This document shows positions 11,757 to 24,649 of a stretch of DNA of 64,000 nucleotides, piece after piece. Numbering within the stretch: the first letter of the stretch is position 1; each line of letters begins with the position of its first letter. The notes under the pieces were generated by a model. That model ran no database searches, was not told the origin of the DNA, and was given only the letters and a program-made list of their open reading frames with translations. Origin of the DNA: Parasitella parasitica NRRL 2501 (taxonomy: Eukaryota; Fungi; Mucoromycota). The translations under genes and the position numbers were made by a program. The DNA lies in NCBI GenBank assembly GCA_025201805.1, contig MU619245.1, positions 130,697 through 194,696 of the forward strand, read 5' to 3'.

Positions 11757-13427
11757 ATGGGTAAAGATACTAATAAGAATCTTTTGAGAAATACTGCCAC
11801 TAGGCTGCACTCTCCATGGCAACTGGATGATAATAGAACTTGGGTTAGTAAATCATGCAGATTTGGTCTAGTTCCCAAAGAAGATGATTTTGAGGTAGCA
11901 TCCCAATCAAAAAGAATCAAGTGCCCATGTTTAATATTAAATATAGACATACGTTGATGAAAACATGAAAAACACAATCTTAAGAATTGAAAAAGAGCAA
12001 TTAGAAAGAATTGCACATATAAGAGAAGAAGATCCAGCTGACGAGTATGTTTATTAACAACGCCTGTATATTCGTCCTATCTAAATGTTTGTGTTATCTA
12101 TCCAGTGAATTTATCACAAAGAAAACGCAGAGGTTGGATATCCATTCGTCGTCTGTAGCAAATCAACCCATCGTCATTCCAACATCGGACCATCAGTTGA
12201 TTGAGGCGCTATCAGTACCTCAGGAACAGCAAAAACCACTTGTAACATTGAAAGAGGCCATCCTAACAAAAGTAGCATCAAGAAAAGGTACTCGCCCGCT
12301 CCCCCACCCCCATTTGTATGTGTGAAATAGGATGTAATAGTATTCTTGCCTTTAGATCAGTCGCTGCCTGCCACTGACCCACAAGTGATTCAAATATACA
12401 AAAAGTATGCGTTTTCGTGATGATTGGGTATTTTTAATTAATTAAATTTATGAGTTCAGGATTGGCTGTGCATTAGGTCGATTTCAATCCACACATAGCC
12501 GATTGCCCAAAGCGCTAAAAATCATCCCCTCTCTGACTAACTGGGATGAGATCCTCTTGCTGACAAACCCATTGTCTTGGACACCCCAAGCAACATATGA
12601 GGTTACTAAACTATTTCTATCAAATATCAAAGCTACTCAGACCAAGCAGTAGGTAATTGATACGGTAGTAGGCTGTCGGTGGTCTTACAACTTGTCCCCT
12701 TATTTTTCTCCAGATTCCTTCAGGTTGTATTATTGCATGCTGTGAGAAATAATCTAGTTGGTAGAGCAGATGGCCAACTTGATCCTGCGCTTTATCGTGT
12801 CTTGAAAAAGGTATTAGTGTGTAATTCAGCGTTGTTCCTGAAGGGCTTGTTGTTTCCGTTATGCGAATCAAACAGCTGTACGGTTGCTGAGGCATGCATT
12901 TTGGCCAATGTTCTAGGACAAACCAAAATACCCGCTCTTCAGTCAGCGACTGCATTACTTTGGCTGTCCCAGCAAACATTTACATTGCCGATATGCATTC
13001 TTATTCGAGTATTTTTGGAAAAACGACAGCCACTGCCATACCGCGTGGTCGACATGCTTACCTTTCAATATTTTTGTCAAAGAGAAGGGGCCATCACTCA
13101 GCTTCCACTAACGTGGTATCATTCGCTGCAAACATTTGCTCAAAGGTAGATAGATTATCTGTTAAATTTCGCGGTGTTGTACTCAAATTTGCGTAACCAT
13201 TCAGTTACAGCAGCGATATGGTGCCTACTCAAAAGAGAGCTCTGCTTACGCTGATACAGCGTGTGTCAAGTAACGATGAAATCTCATTTGCTATCGAGAA
13301 AACAATCAAGTCAGCAATCAGATCGAATGACTATGAACTCGAGACTACCGACGATAGCGATGATACTGTAGTCTACAACGCAGATGCGGACTCTAATGAC
13401 AGTGATGATATTATGCTGATCGATTGA
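11757..13427 (+). CDS. Bystin/Enp1-like protein (divergent)
   Basis: 'LPKALKIIPSLTNWDEILLLTNPLSWTPQATYEVTKLFLSN', 'FLKGLLFPLCES', 'LPYRVVD' and 'LPLTWYHSLQTFAQRY' match bystin-family motifs. Confidence 0.85.
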
Positions 13428-13608
13428 AATATCCGAGCAAAGCTCAAGCGAAATAATCAGGAAGCCAAATAAATGCAAAATTATCAATGTGTTTGCCGTG
13501 TTGCATGTATATGTATGTATCCTAGTCTTTTATTAGATATCAATGACAAATTTAAGAAAGCAAGACATGTAAAAATCAATACCTCCATCAAACAGTGTGC
13601 GCGCCTTT

Positions 13609-14317
13609 TTAGTTGTCCAAAGGTCTAAAGTGAAAAATGATTACATTATTTAATCGTAACATGGATATTGGCGTGCGCAGTAAACTCACCTGTTGAAACC
13701 ACCTCTACGATTCATATATTGACGGTACTTGAGAGGTTTGTGAACTTTTGCACCAGAAACATCCGCACCAAGCACTTTCTTATTCTTGGTAGTGTCGAAC
13801 CCTCCAAACCCCATCAATCTCATCATTTTTGTCTCTTCATCGACCTCTTCCTCCTCGCCATCCTGCTCCATGCTCTCAACCTTAGCATCGGCAGGCTTCT
13901 TTTTCTCTGGCCTCTTACTGGCCGTTCCGTCCCGCGAACGAGGGCGACGGTAGGATGGTGATTCAGAGCGGCTTCTACTTCGACCTACATCTCTACCGCG
14001 ATCTGACAAATGGCACAGGTTAGTTACCACCACACCACACAGTGAGCCGCTCAAATGTAGCTACCTCTTCTGCCAGGGCTCCTTCTATCTCTTCTAGATG
14101 GCGGAGAGCGGCTGGACCTTGAGCGTCTGTATCGATCACGACTATCGTCTCTGCGTCTTCCACGACCTTCGTATCTATCGTTACTGTCTTCTCTACGTCG
14201 TCTTCTAGATCCAGGAGACCTTGATCTTGATCGAGGATCGTCTAAATCTCTATAGTCTCTCTCACGTTGTCTACTAGAGTATCTCTTTGTTGGTGGCGGC
14301 GATGGAGATCTAGGCAT
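13609..14317 (-). CDS. SNRNP27: U4/U6.U5 tri-snRNP 27 kDa protein
   Basis: RS-rich N-terminus and 'MMRLMGFGGFDTTKNKKV...KYRQYMNRRGGFNRPLDN*'. Confidence 0.93.
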
Positions 14318-14551
14318 AACAAAGTGGAGTAATGGAGAAAAAAAAAAAAAAAAAAAAGAAGAACGCGGCAGGGCACAGTCTTAAATGTACGGCACCGTAC
14401 ACATGCGTTACAGTACGGTAGGTATGGGCGAACCGGTAGAGTACTGTACAATGTGACTCTATTTCATCCAGTTCCGTTACCATAAGGAAAGCAGCCAATT
14501 TGGCCATGTGGCTTACCTTCCTTCATCCACTAGACGCTTTGACAATCAATC

Positions 14552-15753
14552 ATGGCCACTGTAAATATCGCAAAAGATAACAAAACGACACTCTATATTG
14601 GTAAAGAAAAGCACATTACTTGTAGGTGATTTATCTGCGAGACTTGCTAACACATGCGATAGGAGGTATCGACCAGCATGTAAATTCAGCCATACTGCAT
14701 GCCGCGTTCATCCCTTTTGGCGAAATTGTAGCAGTGCAGTTGTCTCCAGACGGTTCCAAAGGTAAAGTTCAACTTGAGAGATATTTTTTTAAGCGCAATT
14801 ACGTTGACTTAACAGTATGTTTCTCAAGACGCACGCCCCAATACACATAAAGGCTTTGGATTTGTCGAGTACGAGCTACCCGAAGATTGTCAAGCAGCTC
14901 TCGACAACATGCATTTGGCAGAGTTGAATGGAAAAGTCATCAAGGTTCAACTTGCTAAACCTCATAACATCACAGCTACTTCCCACCGCGCAGGTACAGA
15001 TAGCGAGCATTTCGACTGTGCAGTGCATCTTTTTTTTATTAATGCCTTTTCCATTTTGTGCATAGTTTGGACAGAGGAATCTTGGCTACAGAAATATGCA
15101 AACGCAGAGGACGATAAAAGTAAAAGCGCCCAAGAGACAACACAGCAAACAGCAAACAGCGATGATGATAGCGACAGTGAGCAAGAAAATACGTATAAAC
15201 CTTCAGGCAAGGGAGGCAGATCTCGTGTATATTTGGATATCGCCATTGGCGGCAGTGTGGCTGGACGTATCGAGATTGAACTTCGTGGCGACGTAGTGCC
15301 CAAGACTGCAGATAATTTCAGAGCATTATGTACGGGAGAAGCTGGATTTGGATTCAAGAACTCTTCATTCCACCGCATTATTCCTCAATTCATGTGTCAA
15401 GGTGGTGATATCACAAAGGGAAACGGCACTGGAGGCAAATCTATCTACGGAGGCAAATTTGCGGACGAAAATTTCACTCTAAAGCACACTGAAGCTGTAA
15501 GTTGGTGGTGATGACGATGGCAGTAAACTAACAGCTAAAATAGGGCATTTTATCCATGGCCAACTCTGGCCCCAATACCAATGGAAGTCAGTTCTTTATC
15601 TGCACAGAAAAAACTCCTTGGCTGGATGGAAAGCATGTTGTATTTGGCCTAGTTGTATCGGGTCTGAATGTTGTGCGTGACATGGAAAGATGTGGATCAT
15701 CAAACGGCAAAACCTCGAAACGTGTAACGATCGTAGATTGTGGCGAAATTTAA
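14552..15753 (+). CDS. PPIE: Cyclophilin E / Cyp33 (RRM + PPIase)
   Basis: RRM: 'TLYIGG...[11 protein letters not shown]...HKGFGFVEY'. Cyclophilin: '[55 protein letters not shown]'. Confidence 0.93.
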
Positions 15754-15995
15754 GCAGATACACACTATACAATGGCAATTCCACTAGGCAAAAATAAAAC
15801 ATTTTTTACTATGCATTGTCTTGCTATAAAGCGCAATCTCGAAATGTTCAATATCAAATTTATTGGTGATATGATATGATAGTGATAGAAAGATATATAA
15901 TGGTGGTGTGAGACAACAATGAATTGCTTATGTATATATATATGCTATATCTACAAAAAGGTATATAGGTGAAAAGAAAAGGTATAAAGAAACAG

Positions 15996-17170
15996 CTATT
16001 TGAATACGCCAGATGTTGCAAAAACCATGACAACGGTTCCCCAGATCAACAAAACGACCGCAGAGAAATCCAACAAGCCAAAGTTTGGTATGCTACCATC
16101 AATAATGATAGTTTCTGTTGCAACGACAACCTCTTCTCCTTCCTCGACCAAGCTGTTCTCAGACGAAGATGCAGCAGATAATCTACCGAGCAAAGGAGCC
16201 TTGATATTAGTTTCATCATCAACAGCAGTGGTTGTGATGGAGCCTGCAACAGCAGGATAGCGTCTCGTGATCAAACAAGCGGCAGCAGGTAGAATGTAAG
16301 CCAAGAATGTAGCAGCAAAACCACCAATTAAAGCATATACTTTTCCTAATGAGCGCACAGTGATACCAAGAATAGTGATGACGATGAACAAGACGACGGT
16401 AACAGCGTAGTGCTGGATCTTGTTGGGTTGGCGAGTAGCAGTTTCAAATCCCAACAACTTCTGGACGGCTTCTCGAGTGGGGTAAAATCCCATGCTGCAT
16501 GATATCATTAGCACATTAGGCTTGCAACGCATTTTATAAAAATAGCTAAAGTACTTACGGAATGGTCAAAATCATGCTAAACCCAAGTGCGAATCTGCCA
16601 ATGTTTACAACGAGATCATCGTCAGGAAAGTTCAAGAATAGATTTGGTTGTACATCTTTGCCAAAGCTAAGGTAGCCAATGACAGCAAATGAAATTGATA
16701 CCACCCAGCTCATGATTGATGCAAGAGTTGTAGTGATTGTCCATGACCTGATTGTCTGGTCCTTGAGACTCAAGTAGACGCTAAAGCAAACGTGTGAACA
16801 TGCAAATGCGAATGCCAGGATACCGAGTGCTCCAAAGATATCAGGCCCCTGCCAATCCAATGGCGATTCATGTGATTTGCTGTAGGCAGGTGCACGAACA
16901 AGTAAGGTAATCAGGATCAGTGGTAGACACAGGACAGACAAAATCGACCATCTTGCCACTGAGCCAATGGAGCGAGATAAATTCAGGGGAAATACCTGTT
17001 CATGGGATCAGTGTCCATGCAAATCAGCACAGCAGAAATGACTTACAAAAAATATGGCGATAAATGATATGACAAGTGATCTCTCTGTCATGCTTGAATA
17101 TTGAGGAAAGTACAATTGCAACAACACAGGAATTGTATCGCCAATGACTATACATGAATTAGAAATTTGG

Positions 17171-17205
<35 letters not shown>

Positions 17206-17731
17206 TTGCAGGTACAAACAGGTATCCGGTTACTAATTCAAGCGTCAAGTCTTTGATTGTCAAAAAGTTTCCTAGCCACGTGAGAAAAAAAAGGGGGATC
17301 GTCGCATTCCTGCCAAGACACTTACGAATAAAATAGCTGACACAGGCACCAGAGGCTTGCACAAGAATGAGAAAGTTGAGGAAATAGTAGCCAAACTTGC
17401 CAAAAACGTACTCCATCAACACTGCGAATTTGAAGCACTGTGAACGCTGGCCTGACACAACCAGCATATGCAGGCCCAATTGCGATATAATGGCAACGCA
17501 AATTGACAATAGAATGGCTGTCCAGAATCCTGCGAGGTGGATGGCAAAGGGTAGGCCAATGATGCCAGCGCCTACGGTTGAATTGACGAGGTTGAATGCA
17601 CTTTCGATCTTTGAGCGAGAGCCGTAGCCAGGTCTGTCAGCTTGCAATAAATCTCTCTCTTCGGCGGTAAGCAGTATGTCGTCTTGTTTTATGAGCACAG
17701 TAGCGCCATAGTTATGTGGGGGGGTTTTCAT
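15996..17731 (-). CDS. Aa_trans family amino-acid transporter (Avt2/SLC38A11-like)
   Basis: 'AFNLVNSTVGAGIIGLPFA' and 'AFAFACSH', with about 11 TM segments over several exons. Confidence 0.88.
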
Positions 17732-17958
17732 CTCGATACAAAGAATAAAGAGGAGGAAAAGAATATGTGTTTAGGAAAAGGGAAGCTTTGACCCCATTTT
17801 TATAGCAATAAAACGCATGATCATTAATTGGTGTACACTAAATAATCCTCCTATTATTGGTTTTTTCGATGAGTCATGCTTTTATTGTTATGCATTTCTT
17901 GTTTGTGAATCTCTTTAAATGTTAATTTGATAGACCACAACTCCTTGAAACTGTATCG

Positions 17959-19495
17959 CTATTGTATTATCTTGTTATTCGCAATACTATGTAATTCTTC
18001 TGTATTTATTAACACCTGACTTGCTTTTTTTCTGCCAGCCCAAGAATACCACTCCAAGAAGGAATTCACCTTGACACATTCACCGCAGATTTGCTCTATG
18101 CGATGTCTATAGTCTTCTAAATCCAAGCCCAGTCTTGGTGCAATGACTGAACTTTTTTGCTCGTATAAATTGAGTAGAACAGAAACAAATTCGCGACTAA
18201 GATTTCCGTCGCTTGCTGTTATAAATTCTTGTTAAAAGATGCAAGTATACTGTTCAAGGCTGCAATTTTTACCGTAGTGAATGCGCTCCTTTCTGCTTTC
18301 AATCACCTGGAATCCTTCTGTTTGGAGCATGCTGCCGTATTTGAGCGCAATCTCAGGATCATGGCCCATATCGTTCGAGATTTCTGCTACTATATAATAT
18401 ACGCGGGTTAACGTTTTCTATCTGTCTATCTCTTTATCTTACAAAAAAAAAAAAATGTCCTTACATGTTTCAATAAAGCATTCAATCATTACCGTTCCTG
18501 TAGGCTTTGTTTTGATAAATATCACACTGGAAAATGTCTTTATTTGTACTTACCGAGTGATGCATTTCCTCAACTCGAACAAGGCCATCAGGTTTCAAAA
18601 CTCGATTTATTTCAGCAAACAAAATCGACAAACTGTGCGCTTTTACAAGAGAACCAACACATCTTAGATGGACGTGATCAACTGTTTCATTTTCAAAGGA
18701 TAAAAGGCTGCTTTCTAGTGCATCCACCCTTTCAAGTTTGATATTGGAGAGGTCTGGCAGATTCTGCACCTTTTCAGTCTCCAATTCGATTCCCGTAAAT
18801 TCACATTCTGGATATTGTGTTGCCATATCCTGTGTGTCCATGACACATAAAACAAGTTAAGATTCCTATATCGGAAAACGTGGGGCTTCTATATTTTCTT
18901 ACAAGTATCCAAGCGCCAGAACATGTGCCGATTTGAATGACATGCGCACCATTCTTCAACGCTGGTGCCACTGCTGGTGTAACATTTCTATTGTTGAAAT
19001 CTGTTGAATACTATAATACGTTCGATGCGAAATGAACAGTTTTCGTAATTACCCGTTAAACAAATTTTTGAGAGCAAAATGGAGCTATTTCAACAACTTT
19101 TATACCATGCGAATACCTAGGAATACCCACACACAACTTACATTGTATTGGTAATCTTCGCTATACCAATCGTCTGGTAAATAGAAGCTGTTTGTCTGAT
19201 GGACGCTTTCTGACGACGAATTCTCCATATTGCGACATTCTACAGAAGTTCTGCGTGTAGATGTAGCTGTAGATGGCATTGTTTCATTGCGATTGAATGA
19301 CTGGCCAGAGTCCCTGTCAAATAATGGGTGTGGTTGTTGTAAAAATGATGAGTCTGCAGACGATAAAGCTGATACGCTGCTCGCTTCATTCTTGTCCACA
19401 CGAGAATGCTGATTTGACGATTGTGGGCGCTGGCTTTGTGCTGAACGAGCAGATTTGGAGCTTGTTGATTTCTTTTTAGAGGAGACCACACCCAT
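17959..19495 (-). CDS. Class I SAM-dependent methyltransferase (LaeA/Methyltransf_25-like)
   Basis: 'IGTCSGAWILDMATQYPECEFTGIE' and 'EINRVLKPDGLVRVEE'. The N-terminus MGVVSSK fits an N-myristoylation pattern. Confidence 0.8.
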
Positions 19496-19766
19496 GATTT
19501 TGGTTGAGCCGAGTGTTGAAGAAACAAAAGAAAAAAAAAGAATAATATAGCATACGAGACTTTATTATATAGAGGATACCATTCTTACACTAGCACAAAC
19601 ACAATAAACCGCAATTAAATCACCTTACTATTACTGCCTCCACTCAGAATGCAGAAGCTCAAGGTATAGTTTTATACGGAGTTGATGGGAATGTGAAATC
19701 CCGAAGCGTTTGTGCCACATTTATTATGGTAGACGTATTTAAAAAGATAACTTTAATAGCCCATGG

Positions 19767-21436
19767 CTAATAGTTATCTTCAATGAACGGTGATGGCGGG
19801 TATCCTTCTCGAAGCACGTCTCTGTAGCTCGGTAGTTTGCCATACTCGTCATAATGCTGATCCGAAGGGCCAAGTAACCAATGATCAAGTTCTTGTCGCA
19901 CATGAATAGTATCGACATTCTCAGGCACCACTCGCTGATCGCCGCTATCCATTGACGTCCTAACGTGAGGTACAGTGCCTATTTTAAGCGGGAAGCTGAG
20001 CGACATGTTTCTTTCCTTTACGCTATTTTTGAATTTAAGAATGAGGCGCAATTTATGATTGATCTGTAAAATGTCCGTTTCAATCTGGGGTGCAATGTGG
20101 GGTAAATCAATAGACAGGGACAAATCTTTGAAAGCTAATTATTAGTATACATTTCGCAAGCAAAGGATATGTTAAAACACACCAAGCTCTTGCCCATCCA
20201 CATAATTCGACATATCGTATCTCGAGCCTGATTCAAACAGCCACAGGTTTAGTAAATTCAAGTGATACATGGTGTCAAACTTACGAGAGAACTTTCGTTG
20301 TCGAGGGACCATTGATTCAGGGTATTGCTTGAGAATTACATTCCAGTCACCTGCCCGGATGCTACATGATGTGGTGTGAATAGATGACACAGCAAAACGT
20401 CGTGTGTAACACGATCAAAATATACGTACGGATACGATTCGAGTTGCTCCAGGTAATATTCCATAGATTCAATAATAGCATCATCGCAGATACGGTCGAA
20501 TCTGCATGAAAAATGAAGCAGTTTTTTTTGAAGACATGTGAATTTCGACATTCCGATTTCGTAACGAAGGTGGTCTTGTCTAGATCCACGATATCGAATA
20601 CGTGGTATGGAGTAAAGTGAGTATAAACTAGGATATGAATGTCGGCATATTTGGATGATATGATGTGCACCGAGCAACTGCCGTTTATTCTTTGTGCGGC
20701 TCATGATATTGGTGGGTGGTGCTATAGATGAGCCATCATCTGTGGTGGTAGTGGTGGCAGTGGTGGTTGTACTGGTGGTTGCTATAGTGGACAGAGTGTT
20801 GCTGGTTGTTTCACTGCTTCCAGTGCTCAGCTTTCTTTCGCCGCTGAGAGAGGAGCTGCTGTGTATGTTCATGCAAGCATTCCAGTAGGTCATTTTAAAC
20901 CGCTCACTAAGCGAATTTAGTTTAATTTTGGCTGACAGACTGTACTGGATTGAATGATGCGGCAAAAGCGTCGACGGTGGTAGCTTATGCATGTTGTTGA
21001 TCTTTAACGAGAATGGCCAGCTGGTTTTTCCCACTCCCAGCACCTGTGGCTCGTCGACAACTGCGATGCGTTCATGTGCTATCGTTAAACTTGCGTTTGC
21101 ATGTCCCATTGCTTTCCTGGCGATTCTATCCACGAACCCTAATTGGCTTGATTCCACCGTATTCCATTTGCTCATGGGAATTTCGTCTGTAACGGTAGCG
21201 CCAGCTTCTTGTGACTGAAAGAAATCTGATGTGGAGATCACGCAATTCACGGTGCCTTTGAGCTGAACGTATAATTGGCGAATCTGAATAGGCCGAAGAA
21301 GGTTTATCTCGACTGTGCCTGAGATGGTATATGATTCATTAGGCAGAGTCGTTTCATCGTCATCACCGAATGTATCAATGGTATCGACGTCTGGTATGAT
21401 GTTCAGGTGCAAGATGGATGATGAATGATTTGACAT
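19767..21436 (-). CDS. Alpha-arrestin (arrestin-related trafficking adaptor)
   Basis: Arrestin-N 'ISGTVEINLLRPIQIRQLYVQLKG' and 'WPFSL...LPPS...IQYSLSAKI'. Arrestin-C 'INHKLRLILKF...FPLKIGT'. C-terminal LPSY (PY-type) motif. Confidence 0.8.
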
Positions 21437-22550
21437 AATTATGTACGATGTATGCAATGTGTGTTTAGACGAAACGTGGCTAACAATGTCGTCAATAGAA
21501 TTTATGCTGTACTATAAACGAAGAAGAAAAGAAGAAAAACCAAGATAAAACACACAATCTTATATATAGGCTTTCTGTGTATTTTTTATTAATACGTTTT
21601 TTTTTTATTTTTTGCAAATAGAATATACGGAAGCCAAACGGACGTTTCCATTATTGTAAATAAGTGATAAGGCATGTGATCAAACTGAGCAAAGCAATTC
21701 CTTTTTCGGTCATTTTGAGACACCTTTGCTGTGCAATATGTAGTGGGTTGTAACGCAACATATGAGGCGACGACAAAAATTTTTAAAAAGAAGAACAAAA
21801 GGAATATTCCTTATGTTACGACACTATTTTTTCTTGTAACAAGCAGCATTCTCTCAAGGAAAAGAAGCTTATCTTTATATTTTATGATCTGATTGGAAAG
21901 TTAAGCTTTTTTTTTATTTTTCATTTTGTAATATAAACACATTATAAAAAACCGGGTACCGAGTTTCCTCTTTTATGTGTTGTTGTGATCCCATGTGTGA
22001 CAGAAGCATAAACAATAAAGCTTTTTTGCTGTTCTTTTATAGTCTTTTTACTTTATTTGCGGGTGAATCGAGCTCACTAGATGCATCCTCGTATGCTACA
22101 TAATATGACGTAGTTTGGTATCAAGAAATAGAAGGATGAGACTAAGGTTATCCTATTATAAAGCAAAATAGAGAAAGAAAGAAGCCTGAGAAGGCACGCC
22201 CACAGAACGAGACAGAGCGAGTCATGAATGTATACAAATGTTTCAAAATAACATGACCGATACTCGCACTCTGATGCATTGCACATTTTTGTTCTCATCA
22301 AATGTCAAAATCTTTTGTTTTATTTATAGATAGCTTGTCAGCTCTTTCAGTGTGACAAAAAACGAAAGCTTCGATCAATGAAAGAAAAATTAAACTGTTC
22401 CTTGAACGTTATCACTACTACTGTTGTACACTATAGTTTTGCAGTAGTATTATTCTTTTCCAAGCAACTCCAACTCCTTAATAATAATAAAAATTAACTT
22501 GGTATATATAGATCTTGGTGGCACACAATCTATAATTCAAGCTTTAACCA

Positions 22551-23148
22551 GGTCCACTGACCTCCAGTTCTATCAGACCAAAAATATATTCACGTCACTG
22601 TTCCAATAAACGATCCTGATTTCAAGTTTTTTCTCTTATTGTGAGTATTGTGGAACAATCTATTATATATGTATTACTTTTGTTTGTAGTGTTTTATATA
22701 GCCGCTAACATGATGAATTTAATAGTGCTACGTACAAGTTTATAGAGCAAAATTTGATAGAATTATTAGCAAAAAACTGTATTTTACAATTTTTAAAAAA
22801 AGTCCGAATTTTGTATAATAAACAAAATATCTAATGCTTGTTTGTAATAAAATGGTTACTTACAATTTTTTTGAGCTTAGAAACGTTTTAATAGAAAATG
22901 TCGTTTTTGGGGTCAAAAGTCGATATTTGTGAAAACAAGCTTTTTGGCCCTTGCAAGTACAGGCAAAATTGTCGAAATTTTCGCTATTTTCTTACCATTT
23001 TGAAAACTGTTCAAAACTGTTCCAAACCATAATTCCAGGTCGTAGAATACGATACCACTTATTTTAGATCCAAAAAACCGCTTTAATAGAGATATATAAC
23101 AATTGGAACTTCAAAATTTAGAGTATTCAGCTGGGGTCAGAGGTGCAC
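22551..23148. mobile_element. Possible degenerate MITE / non-autonomous DNA transposon
   Basis: Imperfect inverted ends GGTCCACTGACCTCCAG (22551) and CTGGGGTCAGAGGTGC (~23131-23147) flank non-coding AT-rich sequence. No TSD seen. Confidence 0.25.
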
Positions 23149-23698
23149 TCGAATACATTGGTGCAAGTACATGAGTGCACAGTAATTGAGTGAGAATAGT
23201 AATTTTCTCTGAAGCCGAAGCATGCGACTAAAATACCTCGCGCCCTATTCTCTTTTAGTTGTAACTGGCAACAAGTTTATAGCGAGTGAGGAGCACAATC
23301 CTTCTTGAGGGAAACAAAAAAAGTTTGAAAGTGCATTTAAAAAAATCTAAAATTAGACAACATTGCATTAACGTCAATTTAATATAATTTGTAACAAAAA
23401 TGTCATACATGTAAATATATCCTATTGTCTTTGAGTATGCACTTGACCCTCAACATCATTTCGCTAGACACTCTATTATCACAAAAGCTTGCCGCTCTAG
23501 ATACAATCTAGAGTGCACATATAAGGAATTAGTAAAAATATGTATACCTCAAAAATACAGGTTTAATGTGAAGCGGGATAAATACCTATTTTGTGGTGAT
23601 TGTTTTTTGGATAAAGAGTTGCTGTACATTTTGAGAAAGAGTTAATCTTACTTGTGAGCAATAAAATTGATAATAGCTTTTTATAAAATAGGAAGTTT

Positions 23699-24507
23699 GG
23701 AAAAAAGGCGTTGGCCGAATTTTTCTTTGTATCAGAATCGGTCCGCTATGTAATTTGCATTGATGGTCAAGTTGACAATATTCAGAATAAAACTCTCAGA
23801 CCCTCCTTTCATCCCGGAAGATCAGTTCTCTTCTGGAATCTTTGATTCATTGGCTCTTTATGGCATTGTACTTGAAGGTGGTATTTTCCAGGACCATGGA
23901 TGGTTTGATGGCACGGGTTATGCCATCATCCAACAACAGTCGTTAGATACTGAATATTAACGAAACGTGCAAACCACGGACTACGCTACTTGGCTCTCGG
24001 TTTCCTTATATTGAAACTGTTGTCACAAACAAGGCCACCCCAAAGTGAACTGCCCAAAGAAAACCGCCGTTCAATGCTGGACATGTTATACTCATGGTCA
24101 TGAATGTCAACATTGTCCCTGCAATCTCACCTTTGCACCCAAGACCGGACTCTAGCCTAGTGAACATCCTCCTCCGAGCTCTGACTCAGATCTGGATATA
24201 GTAGACCCTCACTGATCAAACAACCACGCACTTCAAAGGCTACCCCCGCTCCCGCCCCAACTTCGCATCGAGCCACAACGCCAAGGCTTCTTCTTTAGAG
24301 CGCACCTTTCTGAATACATCGCCCACTGCGTTTGCAACAGCGCTCAGGCAGGATTAGTTTTAGTTTAATAGATCTTTTATTTCATTTTCTTATTATTTAA
24401 GCTTTGTACATACCAATGTCATTGTTAATGCTAGTCATTCCTCTTGCGCACCTACGTATGAATTGAGGTATAAAGTTAACCTTGTGGGCCTTGACAAAAA
24501 AAAAAAA
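23699..24507 (+). mobile_element. 5'-truncated L1-like retroelement with only ORF1 sequence (HAL1-like), poly(A) tail and TSD
   Basis: ORF1-like 'RIKLSDPPF...LYGIVLEGGIF..GWFDGTGYAII', two CCHC knuckle remnants (..CHKQGHPKVNC; CWTCYTHGHECQHC) and poly(A) at 24496-24507. Flanking direct repeat AAAATA(G/A)GAAGTTT at 23685-23698 and 24504-24517. Confidence 0.75.
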
Positions 24508-24513
24508 TAAGAA

Positions 24514-24582
24514 GTTTCAGCAGTAGGTTTAAAAATTCATAAAATTTACAAAGTAAAATTATTATAAATCTACTGCTGAAAC
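24514..24582. repeat. Inverted repeat / hairpin (13-bp perfect arms plus AT-rich extension)
   Basis: GTTTCAGCAGTAG (24514-24526) and its reverse complement CTACTGCTGAAAC (24570-24582). Confidence 0.85.
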
Positions 24583-24649
24583 CCCCTAATATATTTATAT
24601 ACAAAGACTTAGATTATACTATATTTTCTTGAGGAAAGTTTGTTTTATT

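Noticed and set aside
20120-20180. ATATCCTT U12-type donor in the arrestin gene
   Set aside because: It lies inside an ordinary GT-AG intron that already restores the frame.
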